This document shows, in pieces, positions 46,155 through 54,517 of a stretch of DNA of 61,544 nt. How positions within the stretch are numbered: position 1 is the stretch's first letter; each line of letters starts with the position of its first letter. The notes beneath the pieces were generated by a model. It did no database searches. It saw nothing but the letters and a program-made list of their open reading frames with translations, and was not told the DNA's origin. Source of the stretch: Candidatus Omnitrophota bacterium (GTDB lineage: Bacteria > Omnitrophota > Gorgyraeia > 2-01-FULL-45-10); NCBI GenBank assembly GCA_003142795.1, contig PLNN01000028.1, positions 1 through 61,544 of the forward strand, read 5' to 3'. Position numbers and translations under genes: made by a program.

Positions 46155-47201
46155 CTATTTCAGTTTCTCCCTAATAAGATCCGCCCTCTTTATGTCCCTC
46201 TCATTAACGCTCAATGTCTTACCTTCCAGTTTCTGCAAATGCGCCGGCTGGGTCAATATGAATAATTCATTGACCATGCGCCTGTCCATGTTCTTTACCA
46301 GGCCAAGGTCGACTCCCAACCGTATCGCCGATAAAAGCGTGATAGTCTCATTGCTGGATATTATGTGTGCGCTCTTCAGTGTCCCGTAAGCGCGCGAAAC
46401 CCTATCGACAAGCTCCGATTTATTTTTAGTTAGTATCGTTTTTCGGGTCGCGTCTTCACGATAAATTATCTGGTTTGTCATCCTCTCGATGTTATCTATG
46501 ATCTCTTCTTCAACTATCCCCATCGATACCTGGTTCGAGATCTGGAATACATTCCCGATAGCCTCGGTCCCCTCGCCGTAAAGGCCTCGTATATTAAGAC
46601 CAAGCTTGGATATAGCCTGCAAAACTTTATTTATCTGCCCGGTAAAAACAAGCGCCGGAAGATGCAGCATCACTGAACCCCTGAGGCCGGTCCCCGTATT
46701 TGTGGGGCAGGCTGTAAGATACCCCCATTTTGCCGAATAAGCGAACGGCAGTTTCTTCGACAGTTCCGTGTCTATCTCGTCTATTATCCGCCAGCACTCC
46801 CGTAAGCTCAGGCCGGACAAGAGGACCTGTATGCGAAGATGGTCTTCTTCATTTATCATGATGCTCGCCATCTCCTTGGGATCTACTATCAGGGCTTTGG
46901 TCTCGACGTCCTTGGCATGCTCGGGGCTCATGAGATGCCTTTCCACCAGGAATAACCTGTCGACCTCGCTTATGTCCTTCAGTCGTATAAATAGGGCGTT
47001 CTTTAAAAGATTTACGGAGGAAACCGCCTCCCTAACGGCATAGACAACGTTGTCGAGCTGCTTTTTATTCGCCCAGTTCGAGAACGGCACATTCGACAAA
47101 TTTCTTGCAATTCTCGTACGAGAGGACATTACTATATTTGAGCTCGGGCCCGTCCCTTTAAGCCACTCGCTATCTTGTTTTAAAAAATCATTTATTGTCA
47201 T
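46155..47201 (-). CDS. mcsB: Protein arginine kinase McsB
   Basis: Guanidino-kinase signature CPTNTGTGLR, plus the EEDHLRIQ block. Confidence 0.9.
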   Translation of the reverse strand: MTINDFLKQDSEWLKGTGPSSNIVMSSRTRIARNLSNVPFSNWANKKQLDNVVYAVREAVSSVNLLKNALFIRLKDISEVDRLFLVERHLMSPEHAKDVETKALIVDPKEMASIMINEEDHLRIQVLLSGLSLRECWRIIDEIDTELSKKLPFAYSAKWGYLTACPTNTGTGLRGSVMLHLPALVFTGQINKVLQAISKLGLNIRGLYGEGTEAIGNVFQISNQVSMGIVEEEIIDNIERMTNQIIYREDATRKTILTKNKSELVDRVSRAYGTLKSAHIISSNETITLLSAIRLGVDLGLVKNMDRRMVNELFILTQPAHLQKLEGKTLSVNERDIKRADLIREKLK

Positions 47202-47713
47202 TTGTCCGGCGTCTTTTCAATTTTACTATTTTGTTCCAGCTCCCGTATCTTGTCGCGAAGCTTTGCCGCTTCTTCGAATTCTTCGGTCTGGATAGCCTTT
47301 TCCATCTGCATCTTTAATTCCTGCAGCGTCCTTGTATCCTTGATCGTCTTACCTACGGTTACAGGTATCTTGCCGACGTGCCTGTCCGCGCCGTGAATAC
47401 GTTTCAATAACGGCGCGAGCTGCTTTTTGAACGCCTCGTAACAATCGCCGCAGCCGAGACGGCCCACCTTTTTAAAATCCTGATAAGTAAAACCGCATGT
47501 AGGGCATTTCATCGAGTCGACTATCGACGGCTCGGCAGTCGCGCCAAGGTCCGCTAATCCCGCCAATAGGTCGCTCAGCCCGAAATGCTCCTCCATCTCC
47601 GCGCCTTTTTCTTTCGCGCATTCCTCGCAGAGGTGCAACTTGGTCATCTTATCGTTCACTATCTCGGTAAGATGGACCGTTGCCTCAATCTTTTTGCAAA
47701 TATCACATAACAT
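47198..47713 (-). CDS. mcsA: McsA (zinc-finger / UVR-motif activator of McsB)
   Basis: Two CxxC...CxxC pairs (C.IC...CEEC, CPTC...CGDC) and a C-terminal UVR motif (EEFEEAAKLRD.I). There is a 4-nt overlap with mcsB. Confidence 0.8.
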   Translation of the reverse strand: MLCDICKKIEATVHLTEIVNDKMTKLHLCEECAKEKGAEMEEHFGLSDLLAGLADLGATAEPSIVDSMKCPTCGFTYQDFKKVGRLGCGDCYEAFKKQLAPLLKRIHGADRHVGKIPVTVGKTIKDTRTLQELKMQMEKAIQTEEFEEAAKLRDKIRELEQNSKIEKTPDK

Positions 47714-47740
47714 GCCCGAGTCTCCTTGTTACGTTCGATC

Positions 47741-48607
47741 TCAGTACCGCACTCCGTCGATCTTGGTCAGTTCTTTGAATTCCTTCATTAACTTAAGCGT
47801 CAACTCGCCCGGCTTCCCGCCGTTTATGGTCCGTTTATCGATCTTAACGACTGGAATTATCTCGGCGGCCGTTCCTGTAAGAAAGACTTCGTCCGCGTCA
47901 TACAGGTCTTCGACTCTCATCAATTTCGTGCTGAAACCTATCCCCATCTTTTTGGCCAGACCGATCACGGCATCCCTGGTTATTCCTTCGAGAGCGCCGA
48001 TCTCAACGGGCGGGGTCATAAGAACGCCGCCCTTTACGATAAATATATTATCACCCGTGCATTCCGCGACATATCCATCGTAGGTCAGCATTATCGCTTC
48101 TTCCGTCCCGGCCTTTATAGCGTCTATCTTTGCAAGGATGTTGTTAAGATAGTTCATAGATTTTATCCTCGGGTCGAGCGCCTGCGGGAAATTTCTCCTC
48201 GTCTTCGCGGTGATTATTTCCAACCCTTCCTGATAAAATTTCTTCGGGTATAGCTTGATCTTGTCTGTGATTATAAAAACGGTAGGCGCCGAACACTTCC
48301 TCGGATCAAGGCCCAGGTCTCCGAAGCCCCTGGTCACAGCGAGCCTTATATACGCGTCCTTTAAACTATTCGCCTTCAGCGTCTTGATAACAGCGTCTAC
48401 CATCTTCGCCTTCGGCATAGGGATCTTTAGCTCGATAGCGCCTGCCGACCTGTATAGCCTGTCCATATGCTCTTTAAGGCGAAAGATCATGCCGTCATAG
48501 GTGCGTATCCCCTCGAACACACCATCACCGTATAAAAGGCCGTGATCATATACAGATATACGCGCCTTTTCTTTATCGACAAGCTTGCCATTAAGGTATA
48601 TTTTCAT
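47741..48607 (-). CDS. ilvE: Branched-chain amino acid aminotransferase (fold type IV)
   Basis: HGLLYGDGVFEGIR, E.TG.NIF.V, GITR. A D-amino-acid aminotransferase cannot be excluded. Confidence 0.8.
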   Translation of the reverse strand: MKIYLNGKLVDKEKARISVYDHGLLYGDGVFEGIRTYDGMIFRLKEHMDRLYRSAGAIELKIPMPKAKMVDAVIKTLKANSLKDAYIRLAVTRGFGDLGLDPRKCSAPTVFIITDKIKLYPKKFYQEGLEIITAKTRRNFPQALDPRIKSMNYLNNILAKIDAIKAGTEEAIMLTYDGYVAECTGDNIFIVKGGVLMTPPVEIGALEGITRDAVIGLAKKMGIGFSTKLMRVEDLYDADEVFLTGTAAEIIPVVKIDKRTINGGKPGELTLKLMKEFKELTKIDGVRY

Positions 48608-48711
48608 AATTTTGTCTTTATATATAATTTTATTAAGTATATATTATAACTAATATTATGTCAAATGAATATACTTTCCTTGGAAATATTGCGTGAATGT
48701 GCGGGACGTAG

Positions 48712-49131
48712 CTACTTTTCGGACACTTTAAAGGTCAGCGTCTTCAAAGTGCGCTTATCCAGTTCCAGCGTAACTCTATACAGGCCCGGCGGGAGGGTTT
48801 TGCCTTCCGGCATCAATAGCGAAACACTTCCCATCCCTTTTTTTCGCGGGATCGTAAAGGTATAATCCAGTATGGGAAGATCGTCTGTAATATAATACCA
48901 CCTGGCAAGTATCTTTATGTCTTTTTTGGCGTTATTCCATGAAAACCAGCAATATATCCTTGAGGTGCCGTCCGGAAAAATTTTCATCGGCTGCACGGGC
49001 CTGTATCTTGCATCGACGCCGAGCGCGGTCTTGGCATCCAGTATGCGGATATTCGCGGTTTGCTGATTGGCACATGAAGATAATACCATGGTTATAAAAA
49101 ATATAACAAGGCACTCATGAATTCTATTCAT
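48712..49131 (-). CDS. Small lipoprotein of unknown function
   Basis: Signal peptide plus lipobox VLSS/C. The start abuts the stop of the preceding small ORF. Confidence 0.55.
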   Translation of the reverse strand: MNRIHECLVIFFITMVLSSCANQQTANIRILDAKTALGVDARYRPVQPMKIFPDGTSRIYCWFSWNNAKKDIKILARWYYITDDLPILDYTFTIPRKKGMGSVSLLMPEGKTLPPGLYRVTLELDKRTLKTLTFKVSEK

Positions 49132-49320
49132 TTAGCCTTTTATCCCTTTTACATACTTCGTTCTTACGCCATCCATATCTTCAATGAATATCCGTAATAG
49201 ATAATTCATGACTTCGCTTACATCTTTTTTGTGCTCATTGCAAAAAGATTTTATGCTATCTTCGGTAGCTTTAGGCGTCCTGCACGCTAAAAACCCATCG
49301 CAATGCCTTATCTTCTTCAT
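49132..49320 (-). CDS. Small (62 aa) protein, possibly a ribbon-helix-helix type regulator
   Basis: A good SD (AAGGAG) lies 9 nt upstream. The beta-strand-then-two-helix pattern (GFLACRTPKA / TEDSIKSFCNEH / VSEVMNYLLRIFIED) resembles CopG/Arc-type RHH. Confidence 0.4.
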   Translation of the reverse strand: MKKIRHCDGFLACRTPKATEDSIKSFCNEHKKDVSEVMNYLLRIFIEDMDGVRTKYVKGIKG

Positions 49321-49355
49321 TTATTTTTTCTCCTTTTTCATACAGTAATGAGTGT

Positions 49356-49390
49356 AACACGTGTTTAACATGAAGTCAATAGTTTAACAT
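49356..49390. promoter_or_regulatory. Operator-like elements upstream of the 62-aa ORF
   Basis: A perfect 10-bp palindrome AACACGTGTT lies at 49356-49365. It overlaps the first of two GTTTAACAT direct repeats (49363-49371 and 49382-49390, 19-bp period). Confidence 0.3.
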
Positions 49391-49406
49391 ACATTGATCT
49401 GTTCAG

Positions 49407-51134
49407 CTATATTTCGGTTTGGACTGAGAAATGGAAGGTAGATGGGCCGGAATTTGCCGTTGGCTTGGATCCTACAGCCTCAGCCCATTCAAAACGGCAA
49501 TATACATTTTTGTAAAGACGTACTCTAATGCCTCCTCCGAAACTCGCCAAAAATTTTTCGCGCAACTCGAATGATTGGGCTTTATTGAGCCTGCCGCCGC
49601 CCAGGTCCACGAATGCGATCGGCTGGATCTGTTGTCTCAGAGGAACATCCGCGTAAGGAAGTTTTATTGATGCGGGAAAAATATACATAGGGAATATCCA
49701 GTCAAAATTAAATATGGCGCCGCTGTCCGCGAGAAAGTCGCCTTCAGGATAACCTCTTACGGAATACATCCCGCCTATCTGCATCTGTTCGGACGGGGCC
49801 AGCGTATGCGTCGCGACCTGAGACTGGAAACGTATCACTGAATAGCTTTCCAGGAACATTCTTTGTATGCGTGTTACGCCCTGTTCATATTTAAAAAAGA
49901 ACCCGCCTGTTTCGGCCCGCGTTGACAGGGGATGGTTTTCTGTCGAAGCGCCGAGGAAGTCGCCTGTCCCGAAATCGAAGCGCGGGCTGATAGTCGTAGC
50001 GCCCCACGTATCGTTCTTCGTAAAATCAAATCCGAAATAGGGGATGCGCATTTCATCGTCCGCGGTAATAATACCGTTAAAATGTTTCTTTGTCTCTTTC
50101 GCGTCCAGTCCTGCGGTAAAATAGCCTTCTGCGTCGCCTGAAAGATATAGCTCTTTGGTAATATAGCCGCCGACCGTCTTTGTATCGCCCGTTATCCTGA
50201 AGTCCTGGAATTCTTTCCCTATCCTAAGATTATCATGCGAAAAATTAAATCCCATCCTTGTCCCGTAAGTATCCAGCGGAAAGGAATAGCTGATCGATTG
50301 CGCGTTAGAGTGTCTCGAGAAAAGGAAGCTTGTAAAAAATGAATCGTTATGCCCCGTAAGATCGGAGCTTCTGAAACTTAAGGTCGCTCTCTCCTTTCCT
50401 ACAAGGCGCGTGCCCTGGTTATCGGCGCCTACGCCAAAGTGATAGGGGAAAGAGTCTTTTGTTTTTATGGTTACGTCTGAGGTCTCCGGCTGAGTGCCCT
50501 GAGATATGACTATCTTGGCTTCCACGTCGGGATTTTTATTCAGCCTCAGTATCTCGCGTTCAAGCGTAACGACGTTCAGCAGTTCATTTTTTTTTAAATG
50601 GAAAAATTCTCTTATCCGTTTCGTGGGAAACCACTTATTTCCTTCTATTTTAAGATCCCCCATCTTTCCTTCGAGTATCTTTATCGTCAGAATGCCTTCC
50701 TTGATCTCCTGTTCGGGGAGATAGGCGCTGGAAGTAAGGAATCCTTTCGCGGCATATTTTGCTTTTATGGCATCCGTGATCGACTCGATATCTTTATAGG
50801 TGACCTGCTTCTTGAGGTATTTTTCGTAGGTCTTGCGCAGGTCTTCGGGTTTGAAGATCGTCGAGCCTTCTATCTTTACGTCGTTTAATAAGAATGAAAC
50901 GGCTTCCTTGGGGAGAGGTTTTTCTTCTTTCTGGATCTCGACTTCAGGGGCCTTGAGGGGTTTAGCTGTGAGCTCTTTACGCCTGCGCTCTACATCCTTC
51001 TCGAAACGTTTCCCGTAAGCGCCCGATTCATCGCCGGAAGGTAAATGCGTCTGGGCAAAAGAGATGCCCGGCAAGAATAAAAACACGAAAAAGATCAAAG
51101 CCGGGCCCGGGTTAATTGACCGCGAGTTAATCAT
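49407..51134 (-). CDS. ShlB/FhaC/HecB-family two-partner-secretion outer-membrane transporter (TpsB)
   Basis: Signal peptide, then a POTRA region (V.IEG.T.F....L...Y..Y..K.VTY.DI..I...I...Y...G...S.AYLP.Q....GILTIKILEGKMGD), then a beta-barrel of about 350 aa. The 575-aa size fits TpsB rather than BamA. Confidence 0.75.
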   Translation of the reverse strand: MINSRSINPGPALIFFVFLFLPGISFAQTHLPSGDESGAYGKRFEKDVERRRKELTAKPLKAPEVEIQKEEKPLPKEAVSFLLNDVKIEGSTIFKPEDLRKTYEKYLKKQVTYKDIESITDAIKAKYAAKGFLTSSAYLPEQEIKEGILTIKILEGKMGDLKIEGNKWFPTKRIREFFHLKKNELLNVVTLEREILRLNKNPDVEAKIVISQGTQPETSDVTIKTKDSFPYHFGVGADNQGTRLVGKERATLSFRSSDLTGHNDSFFTSFLFSRHSNAQSISYSFPLDTYGTRMGFNFSHDNLRIGKEFQDFRITGDTKTVGGYITKELYLSGDAEGYFTAGLDAKETKKHFNGIITADDEMRIPYFGFDFTKNDTWGATTISPRFDFGTGDFLGASTENHPLSTRAETGGFFFKYEQGVTRIQRMFLESYSVIRFQSQVATHTLAPSEQMQIGGMYSVRGYPEGDFLADSGAIFNFDWIFPMYIFPASIKLPYADVPLRQQIQPIAFVDLGGGRLNKAQSFELREKFLASFGGGIRVRLYKNVYCRFEWAEAVGSKPTANSGPSTFHFSVQTEI

Positions 51135-51171
51135 AGTGTAAATATACCCGATGTAATGAAGAGTGTCAAGC

Positions 51172-51843
51172 CTAAATGACCAATCCGTCTTTTAAACGGA
51201 CTGACTTGGAGGTTTTCGCCGAGATCAATTCATCGTGCGTAACTATTACAAGGGCCATATTGCGCTGTAGCTGGAGATTAAAGATCAATTCATAGATGGA
51301 TTCGCTTGTCCTGGAATCGAGATTGCCCGTAGGTTCGTCGCAAAGCAGTATCTCGGGATCATTTATAAGGGCTCTGGCTATAGCGACCCTTTGAGATTCA
51401 CCTCCGGAAAGCTTGCCGGGAACGTGATTTATCCTGTCTTTTAACCCGACTGCTTTAAGCACATCCGTCGCTCTTTCTTTCACCCCTGGCCTTGGACCCT
51501 TTACCAACGCCGGAAGCATCACGTTTTCGAGCGCAGTAAATTCAGGTAACAAATGATAGAATTGAAAAACAAAACCTATACGCCGGTTTCTCACCTCTGC
51601 CCTGTCCTTATCGGACATCTTATAGATATCGATGCCTTCCAGCTCAACTCTTCCGGAAGTCGGTCTATCCAAGCCGCCAAGCATATGCAAAAGAGTCGAC
51701 TTCCCGGCTCCTGACGGCCCGACTATTGTCAAAGATTCGTTCCTTGTTATATTAACGCTTATGCCATTTACGGCCCTTACCTCTTTAGCGTCGCCATGAT
51801 ATATCTTTTTTATTTCTTTCGCCGCAAGTATTATATCATTCAT
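51172..51843 (-). CDS. lolD: Lipoprotein-releasing system ATP-binding protein
   Basis: Walker A GPSGAGKST, FVFQ.Y.L, LSGGE.QRVAIARAL, and Walker B in LLCDEPTGNLD. Confidence 0.8.
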   Translation of the reverse strand: MNDIILAAKEIKKIYHGDAKEVRAVNGISVNITRNESLTIVGPSGAGKSTLLHMLGGLDRPTSGRVELEGIDIYKMSDKDRAEVRNRRIGFVFQFYHLLPEFTALENVMLPALVKGPRPGVKERATDVLKAVGLKDRINHVPGKLSGGESQRVAIARALINDPEILLCDEPTGNLDSRTSESIYELIFNLQLQRNMALVIVTHDELISAKTSKSVRLKDGLVI

Positions 51844-53029
51844 ATCTTAATGCCTCTACCGGGTCAAGCCGGGCTGCCCTGTAAGCCGGATAGATGGTCG
51901 CCATTAGGCTTATCACAAGACTTGATACTATAATTAGCGATATATCATTAAAATCGAATTTAACAGGCAGCGTATCGAGATAATAGAAACTGGGCATGGT
52001 TATCAATTTATATGTCTTCAGGCACCAGCACGTCCCTATACCGAGCGCCGTTCCAAGCGCAGTGCCCAATATCCCGATTATTTCGCCGTGCAATGCGAAT
52101 ATCATCATTATATTAAAATTCGTCGCTCCAATCGATTTTAATATGCCGATATCTTTTGTCTTTTCGAGGACCGTCATTATAAGCGTTGACGTTATGTTGA
52201 AACACGCCACTATTATGGTCAGCGCCACCATTATGAACACCACCGTTTTCTCAAGTTTCAGCGCTTCAAGAAAATTCTTGTTGGAATCTATCCACGTCCT
52301 TACGACATATAGCGCTCCCAGCCTTTCCTGCAATTCCCGTTTTACGGGCGCGACGTTAAAAAGATCGTCTACCCTGACGGATACGCCGCTCACCAGGTCT
52401 TTCGCGCCCAGAAGTTGCTGCGCGCCCGGTATATCCGTATATGCCACGTTAGTGTCGTAGTCATACATACCCGACGTGAAAAGGCCCGCGACCTTGAATT
52501 TCTTGCCTTCTTTTGACGCGCCTGTCGCGGCTGAAGGCGCGATCAGGCTGACCTCGTCTCCCGGTCTGATATTCAATTTGCCCGCAAGCTCGCTGCCTAT
52601 CAATATACCGTTATCTTTCAGAGCGATCGTTCCTTCTTTCACATATTGGCCGAGCTTACTCACTTTTATTTCGTTGGCGGGATCGATCCCCTTCACCATC
52701 ATGCCTGTTACGTTTCCCTTGTATTGAAGAAGCGCCTGGCCGTTAAGAAAATACGATATGGCCTGGACGTGGCCGGTCTTTAATATCTTATTCGACAATT
52801 CCGGTGAAGGTTTCATCCCGTAATCCGAAATGACCTCTATGTGTGAATATGTCCCTACTATCTTATCCTGAAGGTTCTCATCAAACCCGCTCATGACGGA
52901 TATAACGATTATTAGTGCAGCGACGCCGAGCGCTACGCCCAGGATCGAGATCACGCTGATGATCGATATGAACCGCTCTTTGCGTTTTGCGGAAAGGTAT
53001 CTTAGACTTACGAATAATTGCCAGGTCAT
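51836..53029 (-). CDS. LolC/LolE-family lipoprotein-releasing system permease
   Basis: MacB/FtsX-type topology (TM, large periplasmic domain, 3 TM) with the LolC/E N-terminal block (F.SLRYL....ER.FIS). Confidence 0.8.
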   Translation of the reverse strand: MTWQLFVSLRYLSAKRKERFISIISVISILGVALGVAALIIVISVMSGFDENLQDKIVGTYSHIEVISDYGMKPSPELSNKILKTGHVQAISYFLNGQALLQYKGNVTGMMVKGIDPANEIKVSKLGQYVKEGTIALKDNGILIGSELAGKLNIRPGDEVSLIAPSAATGASKEGKKFKVAGLFTSGMYDYDTNVAYTDIPGAQQLLGAKDLVSGVSVRVDDLFNVAPVKRELQERLGALYVVRTWIDSNKNFLEALKLEKTVVFIMVALTIIVACFNITSTLIMTVLEKTKDIGILKSIGATNFNIMMIFALHGEIIGILGTALGTALGIGTCWCLKTYKLITMPSFYYLDTLPVKFDFNDISLIIVSSLVISLMATIYPAYRAARLDPVEALRYE

Positions 53030-54517
53030 TTATTCTTCTTGCTTTGCCTGAGGCTTTAACTGCGGAAATAAGATAACGTCCCTTATTGACGGAGAATTCG
53101 TCAGGATCATGACGAGCCTGTCTATGCCTATGCCGAGACCGCCGGCAGGAGGCATCCCGTATTCCAGGGCACGCACAAAATCTTCATCGATATTCCGGAT
53201 ATCAGGCTTCTTCGCAGAACGATCGGCCCGGGCGTGCTTCAACTCATCCTCGAACCTCGAGCGTTGCTCGATGGGATCATTCAGCTCGGAATAGGCGTTG
53301 GCTATCTCCATGCCGCCCATATACAATTCAAACCTGTCCGTAAGGAGCGGGTTATCTTTTTTAACTTTCGCCAGCGGGCACATCTCTTTGAATATATCTA
53401 CGACAAATACCGGATGATCGCCGGCCTTGGGCTCGATAAGCTCGCCTACGATATTTATGAGCTGGGTCTTGGAAACGTCTTTACCTTCGATCTCGACGCC
53501 CTTGGCTTTCAATTTTTTTACCCATTCTTCCTGCGGGTCTTCAGGAGTAACGCCGAACTGCTCTTTCATAAGGTCCGCGAAAGATATCTTCTCCCATTTT
53601 GACAGGTCTATCTTCTTGCCCTGATATTCCAGTTCCGGTTTACCCATGACATCTTTGGCCAGGCCCGTGATAAGCGCCTCGGTAAGCTTCATCATTCCTT
53701 CGCAATCCGAATATGCTTCATATACCTCAAGCATGGTAAATTCCGGGTTGTGCCGTATCGATATCCCCTCATTCCTGAAATTCCTGTTTATCTCGTAAAC
53801 TTTATCGAGTCCGCCGACAAGAAGGCGTTTCAGATAAAGCTCCGGAGCTATCCTTAAATAAAGGTCTATGCCCAGCGCCTCATGGTGGGTCTTAAAAGGT
53901 TTGCCTGCAGCGCCGCCCGCTATAGACTGCATCATGGGCGTTTCGACTTCAATAAATCCTTTGTCGTCCAGGAACTTTCTTATGTAACTGACTATCTTCG
54001 ATCTCGCGATGAATACGGTCTTCACATCGTCATTTACAATGAGGTCGACATAACGCTGACGGTATCTTGTCTCGACATCTTTCAGGCCATGCCACTTTTC
54101 AGGAAGCGGCCTTAACGACTTGGAAAGGATCGTCAATTCCTTTACTATAACGGTAGGTTCACCGGTCCTTGTTTTAAAAGTTTCGCCTTTTACCCCTATA
54201 AAATCCCCTATATCAAGATTTTTCAGGAATTCATACTTTTCCTGCCCTATGATATCCGATTTTACATATGCCTGCATCTTGCCGGAATAGTCTTTTATAT
54301 CATAGAACAGGCTTTTCCCATGGGCCCTGATAGCCATTATCCTGCCGGCAAGAGTAACGGTCCGGGATTCGGCGAAACTATCGGTGAGCTGTTTTATGGA
54401 TGATGTCGTTTCGAATCTTCCGCCGTAAGCATCCAGTCCCGAGCTGGTTATAGCGCCTAGCTTTACCTTCCTCTGTTTTATCAGATCATTTTCTTCGAAA
54501 TGTTCCGCCATTTTCAT
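53030..54517 (-). CDS. lysS: Lysyl-tRNA synthetase (class II)
   Basis: OB-fold N-domain and class II motifs (FRNEG.......NPEFT.LE, GGLGIGIDRL). Confidence 0.95.
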   Translation of the reverse strand: MKMAEHFEENDLIKQRKVKLGAITSSGLDAYGGRFETTSSIKQLTDSFAESRTVTLAGRIMAIRAHGKSLFYDIKDYSGKMQAYVKSDIIGQEKYEFLKNLDIGDFIGVKGETFKTRTGEPTVIVKELTILSKSLRPLPEKWHGLKDVETRYRQRYVDLIVNDDVKTVFIARSKIVSYIRKFLDDKGFIEVETPMMQSIAGGAAGKPFKTHHEALGIDLYLRIAPELYLKRLLVGGLDKVYEINRNFRNEGISIRHNPEFTMLEVYEAYSDCEGMMKLTEALITGLAKDVMGKPELEYQGKKIDLSKWEKISFADLMKEQFGVTPEDPQEEWVKKLKAKGVEIEGKDVSKTQLINIVGELIEPKAGDHPVFVVDIFKEMCPLAKVKKDNPLLTDRFELYMGGMEIANAYSELNDPIEQRSRFEDELKHARADRSAKKPDIRNIDEDFVRALEYGMPPAGGLGIGIDRLVMILTNSPSIRDVILFPQLKPQAKQEE

